Positions 25,291 through 37,485 of a stretch of DNA of 64,000 nt are shown here, one piece after another. A program made the position numbers and the translations under genes. How positions within the stretch are numbered: position 1 is the stretch's first letter; each line of letters opens with the position of its first letter. Under the pieces are notes generated by a model. The model had not been told where the DNA came from. It saw only the letters and a program-made list of their open reading frames with translations, and made no database searches. Source of the DNA: Camelus dromedarius (lineage: Eukaryota); contig NC_087436.1 of NCBI RefSeq assembly GCF_036321535.1, positions 31,064,001-31,128,000 of the forward strand, given 5' to 3'.

Positions 25291-25579
25291 ATACTAGAGT
25301 AATTTGTAAAAGGTAACAAGAAACCAAGAAAATAGACAGCCAAGCACGAAAACATAAAACAAAAACAATCAACTGCATAAAACAAGCAAAGGAAACAATC
25401 AGCCAGATTTTAAGAGCCATTCTAACAAAAAAGAAGTGGAGTTTGTTTGTTTTATCTTTAATAATTTTTCTCTGCTTTGTGTTTTTATACAGGTGTTTTT
25501 GAATTAATCTACTATTACCACAACAAAAGCAGGATTTGGAGGAACCCAAATTAAAAAAAAAAGAAAAGGAGTGTTGTCT

Positions 25580-25985
25580 CCTATTTCAGTCAAAATTGTG
25601 CCGCAACTAACAAACTGGGCTGCATAGATTTTAATAAATTAGGGTGTTATTCATTTACATAGGCAACTTGGAGCTTGTTCAGAGTCCCTTTAAAGCTATC
25701 AAAAGAGCAGGATTATTTTGTCTTTCTGTTCCACCACAAGTTGTGTTTACTAACATCCTTAAGGTTGCTGCATGATTCAAAGATAACTGCTGAAGCTTCA
25801 GCCTTCACAGCTGTTACAGACAGGGAGAGAGGAAATAGCAAAGGAATTTTACTTAAAATGTATTGATCACACATGTCTTCAAGGAGGATGTAAATGAGGT
25901 TCTCAGCACATTATCTTGCCAGTATTCTGATACCAAAAAAGGACAGAAGAGTGAAGAGTAGGCAGACAACCAGGTCTTCTCACCA
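25580..25985 (-). mobile_element. Old MaLR LTR (MLT1J/K/L-like)
   Basis: TTTCTGTTCCACC...AAGATAACTGCTGAAGCTTCAGCCTTCACA...GATCACAC...CAAGGAGG...GTAGGCAGACAACCAG. Confidence 0.6.
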
Positions 25986-26335
25986 AATCCCAATTCCAAA
26001 GAAAAGCTCAATTATGTTGAACAGGCTCTTGATTCAGAATAGAATATGGGACTTCAAAAAGAATGCACAGTATTGGAATCCACTAGTTTGGGTCAAAGAT
26101 TTTCATATCAAATATTTGATCAAAAGATAATTTATCATTACCTAAGAACTGTTCTGGTTACACCATAAACCTAAGTCACCTTTGCTGAAAGTCAAAGAGA
26201 ATGTAAAGTTCTTGCCTTTATAAATAGCAGGACAATCTCTGGTTCCTGTTATTTATTCAGCCATAGTATTTACCAAGAATAGAATTTTTATACATTAGAG
26301 ATTGTTGTAAGTTTAAAATGTTTACAGTTGCACAA

Positions 26336-26492
26336 CGGGCTGGCCATGATCATGGCTGCACAACCTAGGCAGTCCCACGAGATCCCATGCTCAAAGGCCC
26401 CTGCCCTCATGCTCTGCTGCTGCCAACTTAAAATTCTGAGTCCTAGAGTTTTCACCGTGCATTAGAAATCACAAATTATGTAGCCAGTACTA
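26336..26492 (+). mobile_element. MER91A-like hAT-Tip100 non-autonomous DNA transposon
   Basis: GGGCTGGC...GCAGTCCCAC...ATGCTCTGCTGCTGCCAACTTAAAATTCT...CAAATTATGTAGCCAGT. Confidence 0.75.
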
Positions 26493-26611
26493 TTCCCACA
26501 CAACATAGCAGAGAAGTCCAGAAAATAATCAGAAACAGCACTACTGAATGCTTAATATCCAAGGCATGAAAAATAATTGTCCACTGCTGGCTGTAGATTA
26601 CATATATTTAT

Positions 26612-26626
26612 GTTGCCATAGGTAAC
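26612..26626. promoter_or_regulatory. RFX X-box motif
   Basis: GTTGCC-ATA-GGTAAC fits GTNRCC(N0-3)RGYAAC and lies in the near-palindrome ATGTTGCCATAGGTAACAT, in non-repeat sequence. Confidence 0.45.
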
Positions 26627-28702
26627 ATTTACTAGACGTTGTAAATAGCACACAATTTAGAAATCACACAAATTGTGACCCTGGAGCTAATTAAATTCAG
26701 CATCTAATGGAGTGAAATTTATTGACAGCTCACTAAAATGAATTAAGAGAAGTAGTAACTGCAGTGTGTTAAAAGTAATAAAATGTTGATTTTTTTTTCC
26801 TGAGCTCTTAGAAGATTATTATAAAATTGCTCTAGGCCACTCAGTTAACGTGCTACACCCAATTACTATTCTTAAATCAGTAAGGACATGTCTATTTATT
26901 GAAAAGTAACTTACTTGTTATTGTTTCTAATTTTTATTCATACTTCAGAAATTGGACACTTATTAAATATTGAAATTGAGCATGGCACATCATAGATGTC
27001 AGGTTAATGACATGCAAAGACCAATCTGCATTGTATTATCTCTGTTTTCAGGCGGTCTTCATTTCTAACATAATTTTAGCACAGGGAGAATGAATCTATG
27101 CAAACTTCTTCCATGATTTAATTTTTAAAAGCTGAAATTTTTCACAAAGAGAAGAATTTTATGGGCAAATATAGACTCATTCACTTTATAGGGATGGAAA
27201 TTCTTTTGAAGACTTTCTCAAGGACAGTGAAGATTCTATTCAAACCCCAGCTATTCAAGAAAATAAACAAACTTTAGAGCTGTTATCCATAAATAATTCC
27301 TATCAGCCATCTGTGTAATATACAGAAGGCATTTAACTTGCCCTCTTTTATACTGCAATCTAAAAAGTTCAAAAAAGGAAAGAAAATGTATAGATGACAG
27401 CACATGGAGCTAAAGTATCAACACAATCAGCACTATTTTAATAAAGCATAGGAAACTAAAATCTAAGTCTCAAGGTAGAAAAAGCAAAGTAAACATTTAA
27501 ATCTTATACATTAGCCATTGCTTATGTCCATAAAATGGATTGGGTTCAAGTGTTTTCTTTGGTGTTTCAGGTTTTATTTGTTTGTTTTTGTTAATTTGTA
27601 AACCAGGGAGCTTCCTTAAAATAGTTCAATACACAAGATTAACTTTGTAAACTTAACAGCAAAATTTCACTTAGGTATGGAGAGGTTCTCCTGAGCAGTC
27701 AGCCCACAAAAGGAAACACAAAATGTGCTTCACCACCAGGCCGTTGTTTATAATTCTCATGTAATATTGCAGCCCCACTCAAAACATCTTTTTAAAAAGC
27801 ATAGAGAAAAGTTCAGTTTTTGCTCCAATTATTGGGCAAATGAATAGACATAATCTTCAACTCTGTTTTATTAGTGAAGATGAAACCTTTAAAAGTTGAT
27901 GATCTGGCAAAGGAATGTTATCCTCATCTTACACTAAATGGACACAAGCTAATGTAAAACTAAATGAATTCTGAAAAATGGAGCAGTAGGACTCACAAAA
28001 GCAGAAAACTAAAATGATTAAAAGCAATCCATCAGTCCTAAAGAAATTCTGCAAGTTCTTATGAACCTTATTCCTTCTAAAGGAACTATTTTTGCAGCTC
28101 GTCAAAATGCAATGTTTCCTATATAAGTGCCACTTTATATAAGACAGTATTTTAAGTGGGAGAAGCATAACTTTTCACAACACTGTATTAAAGTATTAAC
28201 AAGAGTCCCTTTTAAAACCTTCAGGACAAGGGAACCTGTCTATGAATGCCACTCCCCCCACCGCCCCACTCCTCAGGATCCTGAAGTTTCTGTAATCAAA
28301 GGAGATTAAGACGGGTCCACCTCCAACATCTGCGGCACTGAGACAACAAGGTACACTAAGATACTTAAATGTTTGAATTTTTATATTTTAGAAAAGTCTT
28401 ACCAAAAGTTTAAAGTAAATATATTAGTGTATACATTTTAGGAAAATAAGTAATTCAACTAGTTTAGAATTGATTTTTTTTTCTCTACTTTATGTGAGAA
28501 GATGCTAGAGAGGCAGTGGCGTCAAAGGCAGATAGGTTTGTTCAAACCAAGAAGAAAACTACTGTCTTTATCCTAAGACCAGTGGAAAGATATTGATGTT
28601 TGCTCACGAGGATACAGTATGTGTGAGCTAATCTGTCCCCCTTTACATCCATTGCTTGAAATAGTCACCTAGAGCCAAACCATGGAACAACCTCAAACAT
28701 AT

Positions 28703-28793
28703 ATATATAACTCTACATAATTCTATAACTCCTCTATAACTTATGACTATATAACTCTATATTCTATATAACTGTGTATTCTATATAACTCTA
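28703..28793. repeat. Degenerate 17-bp AT-rich minisatellite
   Basis: CTATATAACTCTATATT / CTATATAACTGTGTATT / CTATATAACTCTA at 28747, 28764 and 28781, plus degenerate upstream units. Confidence 0.8.
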
Positions 28794-29589
28794 ACTAAAC
28801 AAATAATTTGCTAGCTGAATAATAAATGTAATCTTAGAAATATTATGATGCCCCCTCTTAAAAATGTTAACAAGTGTAAAGACTTTGTGTATAATCTGGA
28901 AAAATAGATTAAAAACTATACAAGCTTAAGTTCAAAAAAAAGAAAGGAAAAAGAAAAGAAAACTGATTAGTACTTTTAATTGAGAATGTGGAAAATGTTT
29001 TTTTTTTTTTTCTGTTTTAAGGAGTGATTATCTTATTTAAAATTGTATTTGCAGGAAAATACTACATTTTTCTGTCTCTGGCCTATGAAGACGATACAGA
29101 ATGATGTTACCTGTAGGCAATCATAAAGCAAACCCTACAGCCCATGTGTTTAAAAAACGGGATTCAGAACGACAGAAACAGTGGCCCTCCTCATTATCCC
29201 CTCCTCTGCGTGCTGTAACTACATGCAATAACCATAGTTGACAAAAGCTCCGATGTTAAATTTAGGAAAACTTTGTGCACCTTATTTTCCCCAAATGAAC
29301 TAAAAGCATTACATGGAAAGAGACTTTAAAGGCAAACCAGCCCTGCCTTTCACACAGAGCAGAAGTTCCTTCTACTGACCCTGCATGCATTCTCAAGTGA
29401 CAGGCGGCTCTGGTCATGCTTGGACAGTTTGTGGAACCAAAATCTTCCCTCTTTGAACAATCATACATTATATCTAATTTGTTTGAGTGTAGCAACATAA
29501 AATTAGTTTTAACTCCCTCTTAAAGTGAATTATCACCACATATTCGAACATATTCATTCTGTTTTCAGTTTGCTTTCTCTTGCACATAT

Positions 29590-30058
29590 GCATATACCTA
29601 GTCCTTTCAACCAACCCTACAAGTCCCTATGTGGTTGGAGCCCAACCTACCTCTCTGAATTCCCCTTGTTTCACTTTCTCTATCACATACTGCACTCTAC
29701 TCACACTCATCTTCTTTTTGTTCCTTGATCCCCAAATACCCATTCCTGCCTAAGGCTTCATGCTTGCTATTCCCAATGTCCTGTGCCCCCAGATATTTAC
29801 ATGGCTGACTCCTTTGAATCTTTCAAATCTAAATTCAAATGGTATCTCCTTTTGTCCATAACACTCATCAGCATTTAAAATTGTGTTAACTTAGCAATAA
29901 ATTATTTTTTTCTATCTCCCTCATACTAGAATAGAAGCTCCACAATTAAAGGGCCCTTGACTATCTTACTAAGTGTTGAACCCCATAGTAAGTAGACCAG
30001 TTTCAGGCACATAATATCTATATAATAAAGATCTATTTATGAGTGAATAAATAAATAT
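29590..30058 (+). mobile_element. L2 LINE 3' end
   Basis: CCCTACAAGTCCCT...CATTCCTGCCTAAGGC...CCAGATATTTACATGGCTGACTCC...CTAGAATAGAAGCTCC...GAGTGAATAAAT. Confidence 0.8.
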
Positions 30059-30279
30059 ATCCTGCAGCCTACATTCCATATAACAGCCAGCGTGTTCTCA
30101 TACAATTATAAACCCAAACCTAATTATATCACTCTTTCACTTGCTGCAATGAAAGGACCTTCCATCTGGGGCCACTGCAGCACAGGCTACCCACTACACC
30201 GCTCTGTAGGTTGTTATTTAGTTAGAACAGTTAGACTACAATGTAAGCATTACTCACTGGAGTTGAGTGCCAAGGCCTA

Positions 30280-30730
30280 TCCCATTGTTCCTAGTATTAA
30301 ATGCAAGCCCCGGTGCCTGGCTTACAGATCTCTCAGGATCTGGCCCCACTACACTTTCTGCTTTATTTTCCTTCTTCATCTCCCTTGAAATTACCCACCA
30401 AACTTCTTGACTTACTTTCAGTTCCTCCCAGCACTATGCTTTCTCTGATCTGCTAAGCCTTCTGCAGAGAATAATTCATGCCTTTTCTTTCATTCTTTCG
30501 TCCTTTCATACACCATCTCTTCTGATCCTAAATTTGATTAAGCTCCTTTCTATATGTTCTCCTCATATTCTCTGCTTTCTCTCCCATATCATTAATCATC
30601 TCATTGTGATTTTCAATTCTCTGTCTTCTCATTTCTTCTATAAGGTAGGAGCTATGTTTGTCATATTACTCCTTGTATCTCCAGTATCTGGCAGGGAGCC
30701 AGATAAATTTATCACATGAATGAATAAATA
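30280..30730 (+). mobile_element. L2 LINE 3' end
   Basis: CCCATTGTTCCTAG...GCCTGGCTTACAG...GATCTGGCCCC...TTGTATCTCCAGTATCTGGCA...ATGAATGAATAAAT. Confidence 0.75.
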
Positions 30731-32199
30731 GTCATAACATGCTTTCCAAATTCTATGCCATCCTGGCCATCGTTTTTTGTATTCTCTATTTTATCACTGT
30801 CCAATTTTAAAATTGTGGAACTCACATTTGATTTGCACCCATGATCAAATTTCAGCTTGAACTAACCAATATAGAAAACAGTGAGGCTATGTTCTTATAT
30901 TAAATACTTTATTAGTATAATTACATATGCTACTACTTTCCACTTAAAAAGTCCAAAAGTAAATATTATTCTGCTAAATCTGTATTGACCAAAGTTGTAT
31001 TTAACAAGATCATCTCACCTCTACTTGAGTTCATCAGTGCCTTCTAGTTTTATTTCACCAGTATCCATAGAAAATATACTTATTTTTCATAGAAATGAGC
31101 TTTCCACTAATATTTTGCAAAGAAATGAGAGGTAAAATATATTTAGGTCTATCTTCTCATTTTCAGTGGCCCTAATTTGAATCCATTTTGACCTGATTTT
31201 ATCCCTAGAAAAGAAACAAATTCTGTTTGGCATTTAAATCAAGTTAATTTCTGTGACTTTAATAGGACATTGTTACCAAATTTTTGAATGTCCCATATTG
31301 TGACACTGACTGCCCCATAAACAATACAAGCCCAGAGGAGTGATAATAAGGGCCACCCTGACACTCAGTCCTTCACCTCTCGTCCCGTTTTCTGAGGACT
31401 GAAAGCAAATACGTCCTATTTCTTACCATCCACTCTTTAAAGAAAAGCTACATACTACCCAGAATTTAACGTTCCTATTAAAGGAATTTTTCTCATGGTC
31501 AAATCTTTTAATTTTTAGAAGCAGTGTCATTATCACAGAAATACAGGTACCAGCACTACAATATACATTCAAAATGATATTATTTGAGTTGACCTATTAT
31601 TCAAGCAAATGGCTCTCCCCAGATTTTTTAAAGTCAGGTGGATTCATGCTGCTACTGTAATCTGATTATAAGCTAAGACAAAATTTTAATTTACTTTAAG
31701 TGGCAATAAATTCAAAATGCAAATAGATGTTACTGTGATAGGATCAAATGCCTTTCAAACACAGAGCAGAGAAGGTAAGATTGATTTTCTTTGAATATTA
31801 TCTTTTAGGTATAAAATTAAGAACTTGATATTAAATCATAGAGACGAGCTGATCTTCTTAAGAAGCTCAATGAATATGAGAGCAAAATGAGTGACACGAG
31901 AGGTATTAGACCTCAGCGAACCTAAGCAAACAGTGGGGCAGGCTGAGTATGTGAGATAAACAGGCAGGGAAGTTAAGATGGAAAAGGGGACAGTGACTGG
32001 GAGCTGCAGGAAATATACAACTCAGACTGGCAGCAGAAGTAGAGGGATAAAGTGTGATAAAGAGCTTAAAAAGGTAAAAAGGCCCATCAAGTTTCAGATG
32101 GCAGATGTCACTGTATATCAGTCCAGGGTGGTATCACTGCATTAGATAGAAGAGGATGCCAAACAGAAATAACCACAGCCTTGAAGAAAAGTCAAGAAA

Positions 32200-32680
32200 G
32201 GACTTTGTTAGTTAACATTGTGTTTGAAAACAACTGCGTTAATAAGACAATGATGAATAGGATAAACATTAAGGGCATTATTAAAATGGTACATATCAGT
32301 CAGGAGAATTGGAAATGAGCTTTCTTTAATTAGGAACAAGAGTGGAATAACAAATGTGAAAGTGACATTTGGAGATACTAAAGATGAGACAATATGTTTT
32401 CATATGTTACTATTTGCTGATGGACCTGATGATGCATTGCTGCAGAGGAACTTAAAGAGTGAATAATAGCTGGCCATCTGGTTGCAAACTTTGACAGCTT
32501 TTGAAGATAGTGGTTCACACAGGGAGCAAGAAGCAAAGAAAATAGAGTTTTATCAACTCCATCAAAGTTATATGGGAGTAAAGGGGTTGCCTGCTAATGA
32601 AGATAATTACCTCTTCTTGATAGGAGATGAAGGCACAAAGCTACAGCTGGATAATAAAAATTCTTCTAGTGCAGAGCAGC
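32200..32680 (+). mobile_element. Possible ancient RTE-clade (L4/RTE-X or MamRTE-like) LINE endonuclease fragment
   Basis: ORF 32482-32718 contains EAKKIEFYQLHQS...LPANEDNYLFLIGDEGTKL, resembling the APE-domain pattern E.K..FY..L....IP..D..I.LGDFNAKV. Confidence 0.35.
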
Positions 32681-32754
32681 AAAAAATTATATTCAATTCA
32701 GACCCCATGCATTATTAACTCCCTCAAAATTAAAGCACTTCTTTTAGTCTCTGG

Positions 32755-32950
32755 TGAAGCAGAGGCATGTAATGGAGAGACCACAGGCTTTGAAGTCATA
32801 TAAACACGAACTCAAAGTCTGGCTCCACCATCTTGAAGTGTTTGATTTGGAGCAAATCCTTTAACCAATCCTCATTTTAAAAATGAATACACAGCTGCTT
32901 ATCTCATAGGCTTTTGAATGGTTGAAAAAGACAAGTAGTTAGATGACCAT
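32755..32950 (+). mobile_element. MIR SINE
   Basis: AGAGGCATGTAATGGAGAGACCACAGGCTTTGAAGTCA...CTGGCTCCACCA...GCAAATCCTTTAACC. Confidence 0.75.
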
Positions 32951-32959
32951 TACATGACT

Positions 32960-33370
32960 TACATTCATTATTCATTTAACAAACATCTGTTGAAGGCACC
33001 CACATGTGAAGCACTATAATAGTGTCAGAGTAGGCAAAGCTGATTAAACACAGAGGAAAGCCTCCTCCCCGTACATAGCTTATAGGATGAGAGAGAGTCA
33101 CTAATCAGGCAGTTACACAACTAAGGTAAAAATAACAATCATGGTAAGTGCTGCAAAGGAAAAATGCATACAATTATGAGAGTAAATAATATGATTATTT
33201 GATGTCTTTAGGTCAAGGAAGGCATCTGAAAAGTGAGAACTAAGCTAATATTAGAAGGATTCACTCGACTTCACTGGGTGAAGAAAAGTTTTTTTTAAAA
33301 AAGGGAAAAAAAGTGAGGATTGCATAAGATGAGACTGGAAAGATAGTGAGGTAAGATAGTGTAGGATGGA
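32960..33370 (-). mobile_element. L2 LINE 3' end
   Basis: CATTCATTATTCATTTAACAAACATCTGTTGA...CACATGTG...GCAC...AGCTTATAG...GTAAGTGCTGCAAAGGAAA...GTCAAGGAAGGC. Confidence 0.75.
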
Positions 33371-34464
33371 AAGGTCTTAAAGTATATACATAAGGAGGTA
33401 ATCAATGAAAGCTACCACTTTCTCTCTTGTGGGTGTTGCTGGTATGATCTTCCTTATCTAACGAAAGTGAAAACACCTAAGCATAATTTCTGTGTTCCTT
33501 AATATTTACCTAGCTATGTAATAAGTGTAGTCTTCAAAAGGTTATGAGGTTCTTCTTGAGCACATTAACATGAATGTATAAGGACTAGCCTTGTACACCT
33601 GTAATGGGATAGAAATGGATCAATGGAAACAGGAGTGGTCACTGGGCAGTGGGCAGAACCTGGGCCATTCACTGACCTTTCACTGCTGAGTGCAGCACAG
33701 CACTGGCCCCTGAACCAGCCCTTTCTCTGCAGAGCACAATTGTCTCTCATGCTCACACTCCTGATACTCCCCCAGATTAATATCTACCCCAACCCTTGCT
33801 TTTGGCTCCTCACTTAAATGAGAGGGCAGAGGTTCTGGATGAGTTCAGTGAAGTAATTTATTCTGCATGCCTGGAGAATCTAGGTTATGTTGAACTAACA
33901 AATATCCATAAAATATTGTAAGGTAACACACATTTGTTCCTTGCTCATTTTTCCTGACTTTCATAGGTAGGCTGAGGGAGTGAAAATGATCTGGGACATA
34001 AATGCATATCATAATTATAACACTTCATTAGCTAAAGCAAGACACAAGCCACATCTGCTTTCAAAAAAGCAAAGAAGTGCAACACTACAGTGTTTCTGGA
34101 ATGAGGACAACCAAAATATTGGTAAATAACCATATTGACCATATATATTTACTATTATTAGGGATTCAAAAGTTAAAAATGAGTTTCTCATACTCATTTT
34201 CAGAGCTTCCTCTTATTCTGTGTTGTGCTCTCTTTACCATTTCTTTACTAACTCCAGGGCATTTATCCTAACAACTTTCAGCTACTGATGTTCATTTACA
34301 ATGACTCTATAACATACATGTCTTATTCACCATCTCTTGCCTTATAACTTTCTCTAAGCTAATGTTCCCAGGAGTTGACAGATAACAATCAAATAATCTT
34401 ACTAATCAAAATAATATATTGCATTGGTATAGAGAAATATTTAAAAGCTACTTTCACAAGTAAC

Positions 34465-34814
34465 TTTTTTTTAATTTGAAGTACAGTTGATTTACAATGT
34501 TGTGTTAGTTTCAGTGTACAGCAAACTGATCCAGTTATATATATTTTTCCCCAGATTCTTTTTCATTATAGGTTATTATAAGATATTGAATAAAGTTCCC
34601 TGTGCTAGACAGTAAATCCTGTTGCTTATTTATTTTATGTATAGTAGTTTGTTAATCCCAAACTCCTAATCCTTACCTCTTGCCCTTCATCTACCCTTTG
34701 GTAACCATAAATTTGTTTTCTGTGTCTGTGAGTCTGTTTCTGTTTTATAAATAAGTTCATTTGTCTTTATAGATTCCACATATAAGTGATATCATATAAT
34801 ATTTGCCTTCCTCT
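34465..34814 (-). mobile_element. Cetartiodactyl-lineage L1 3' end, 5'-truncated
   Basis: polyT + AATTTGAAGTACAGTTGATTTACAATGTTGTGTTAGTTTCAG...TATAGGTTATTATAAGATATTGAAT...TAGATTCCACATATAAGTGATATCATA; degenerate TSD ACAAGTAAC/ATAAATAAC. Confidence 0.9.
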
Positions 34815-34849
34815 ATAAATAACAATAATAAAAATAATATTATTTAACA

Positions 34850-34980
34850 AATAGCTTCTCATCTAATATCATTTTATACAAAAAGAAACTGAAATTCAGA
34901 TATATCTAGTGAGTAGCCGAAGTCAAGTGCTGATAATTGATAAAGTCTGGATATGAATCTATGGCTGATCACAGAATATA
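34850..34980 (-). mobile_element. MIR fragment
   Basis: ATCATTTTATACAAAAAGAAACTGAAATTCAGA core. Confidence 0.55.
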
Positions 34981-35554
34981 TATCTTTCCGCAGAGCTACA
35001 TATTTCCAAATCTGACACCTACTCTTCATTGTTATATTCTATGTGTATATAAACTATTATTCCACAGATCATACAACAGAAAGCAAACAAAAGCTTAGGG
35101 GCTGATAAGGTACTGGTCGGTATGCAAGCTCCTGAGACTCTGCTTCAAATTCATTAACTAAATGTAGGCACTCAGAATCCCAGTACATTAACCTCATCAG
35201 ACATTGAAGATATAACTGACCCCACCCAAATCACAGGATATGGGAAGTATTGACATAAAATAATGGAGTCATGTCTTCTAAGTAGTAGAAGGATTAAAAT
35301 ACATTCAGAGATAAAAGAAGTAAAATACCCTTTCAAAATGTAAATTACTTCTTCCACAGCAACAATGATAATGTACTAATTCTAGGAGTCAAATAAATTA
35401 TTCAAGGACACTGCCATTTAGTTTGTTTCTTGACTCCATAGGGAAAAAGTAATTATGCCTAGCCCAGCCAAGCCTATGATAACAGATGGCTATAAGGGAA
35501 CAAAAGTGAAGGTAATGTCTTCAGAAATCTACCATGATGTTTCATATTTTAGTG

Positions 35555-35940
35555 AAAAATGTCCTTGGAGGGACCTTTGAATCAATCAGTCCAAGTTTCT
35601 CATTTTACATGTGAAGAATTAAGGCCCAGAGAGGCACAGCACTTTTCTAGAGGTTACATAATTTGTGGCAGTGCTTAAAGACAGAAGGCAGATTCCAGCC
35701 ATGAAAAGGCCAGGAAGAAAACTACCAATTATTAAGCATGTTCTTTGATGCTTTATTCACATTGTCTCATTTCATGCTCAGATGACTGGAGTGAAAAAGA
35801 TATTTCATCTTCCATTATAAATATACCAGGACGCCAAAGGTAAACTATCTAGCCTACTTTCACACAGTTAGTAGAGTACTAAAGGGCAGAGTTGAAACCC
35901 ATCTCTTTTTACCTCAAAGCGGAGTGCTTTCTCCTACACC
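35555..35940 (-). mobile_element. Two adjacent MIR-family fragments (MIR3-like then MIRb/c-like)
   Basis: GGAGGGACCTTTGAATCA...CTCATTTTACATGTGAAGAATTAAGGCCCAGAGAGG; then TTGTCTCATTTCATGCTCA...TCACACAGTTAGTA...GTTGAAACCCA. Confidence 0.7.
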
Positions 35941-37351
35941 AAAAGCTCAAGAGCGTGTGCACTCCCTGCGGTTGTGGGTGTCAAATCCAGATAACTTTTT
36001 GCCAACAGTGCTATTTTAAGAGATTACTACTTGTTTTAGAAGACTTTTGACTAAAGTCTATCCTAATGCTATCATGCTGGGATGTCTGATTAATGTGTCT
36101 GTACCTCTTTGAAGCACTGTCTTATTTGAGGGGTTGGTTAGATAATTGAAATAATTCAGGGATCATTAAGATGATTGAATTTGTCTCTCTGGATTATTGT
36201 CCCCGGCTTTTTGAACATCATCTGAATGCAGGGATCCTCTATAGAGAAGATTCCTGAAGACTAAAGGGAGAATTGTCTTTTAGATTTGTAATGGCTTCTC
36301 TTAGTGAGAAAAGAGTTGCTATTGTGCTTCTGGAAAATAGATAATCAAGTCTCCTAGAGGCAATGGGGTCACCTCCATCTGGTCACTCTCACCATAATTC
36401 ACCATAATCATATGTCTGGGGCTGGAAATAATACAGATTAGGAGACAATGACACAATGATCCAACCATTCCTCTCCTAGCATCATTCTGTGACTCACTGC
36501 CCTCTTCTAAACACATATTGGATTTGTCTTTTTGGTTTTAAGGTATGCACTGTCTGGTCTAGACAGGGTAGAGATAAAGGGGCAGAGCCACCTGGGCAGT
36601 CATGGTGACTGGAGCAAAGAGTGGCAACTTCCCTGACACATTAGACTTGACCACATTTCCCATACAATGTGGAGACCTCCTTGCATTTTCCAGAGAGGTT
36701 TTCTCAACATGCGAGAGAAGCTACAAGCTACCACCCACACCCACAACCCAAACAGCACCCTCACAAAGAAAGCTTCCAACTAAGGATTTAGAGGAACAGG
36801 GGATCCAGCCTGCACATGACTTCTGAATCAAAATCCAGCATTCATAGCATTCCAGATCTCATTCAGGCATATTCTAAGAATAAATAATAGCTACAAAGCA
36901 TGTGAAGCTATCCAGAGAACTGGTTGTTCTCACATATGCTGGGGTCGCTTGCAGAAGTCAATTTTCCATTGTCAAGAAGAAGCAAGACCCAATGTAGAGT
37001 CACTAAAAGATTTCATTATCTCCCTCCTTTCCCACCATTCTCCATCCTTTGGTACTGGCCCAGCCAGACACTAACTCAGATCTCTCCACTGCATTCCTAG
37101 ATGGAAACACAGAAGGTCCTTGGTGTCTGGCACTTTGTCAGTGCTTGCAGGAGAGTTGGCCAGGAAGAGAAAGAATAGGGAAAAGACTAGGGGAGGGTGG
37201 TGAGTTAGGCAGTGTAACCAGAGACCTATTACAATGAGCAAAAATCACTTAGACCCTCCCAAGAGTTCCAAATCAAGATTCTGTTGGACTAAACTAAATT
37301 CCACAATCCAGGTTAAGTATGTGAAAGAGTGAAAAATATTGTTGAACTCTT

Positions 37352-37485
37352 TTTTTTTTTTTTTTTTTGAGGGGGGAGGTAATTAGGTTTATTCATTTAC
37401 TTTTAGAGGAGGTACTGGGGATTGAATCCAGGACCTTGTGCATGCTAAGCATGTGCTCTATCACTTGAGCTATACCCTTCCCTGT
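37352..37485 (-). mobile_element. Camelid tRNA-Ala(AGC)-derived SINE (vic-1 type)
   Basis: Minus strand GGGTATAGCTCAAGTGATAGAGCACATGCTTAGCATGCACAAGGTCCTGGATTCAATCCCCAGTACCTCC, then polyA; perfect 20-bp TSD AAAAATATTGTTGAACTCTT (37332-37351, 37486-37505). Confidence 0.92.

Noticed and set aside
28703..28793. CRISPR-like repeat array
   Set aside because: Units are contiguous with no unique spacers, the context is eukaryotic, and there are no cas genes
31838..31930. Peptide RRADLLKKLNEYESKMSDTR that looks coiled-coil-like
   Set aside because: Only about 27 codons between stops, with weak splice signals and no recognised homologue
37405..37482. tRNA-Ala(AGC) gene
   Set aside because: The tRNA-like head is followed by a SINE body and polyA tail and flanked by a TSD, and the B box is mutated; it is a SINE (the same applies to 51215-51288)
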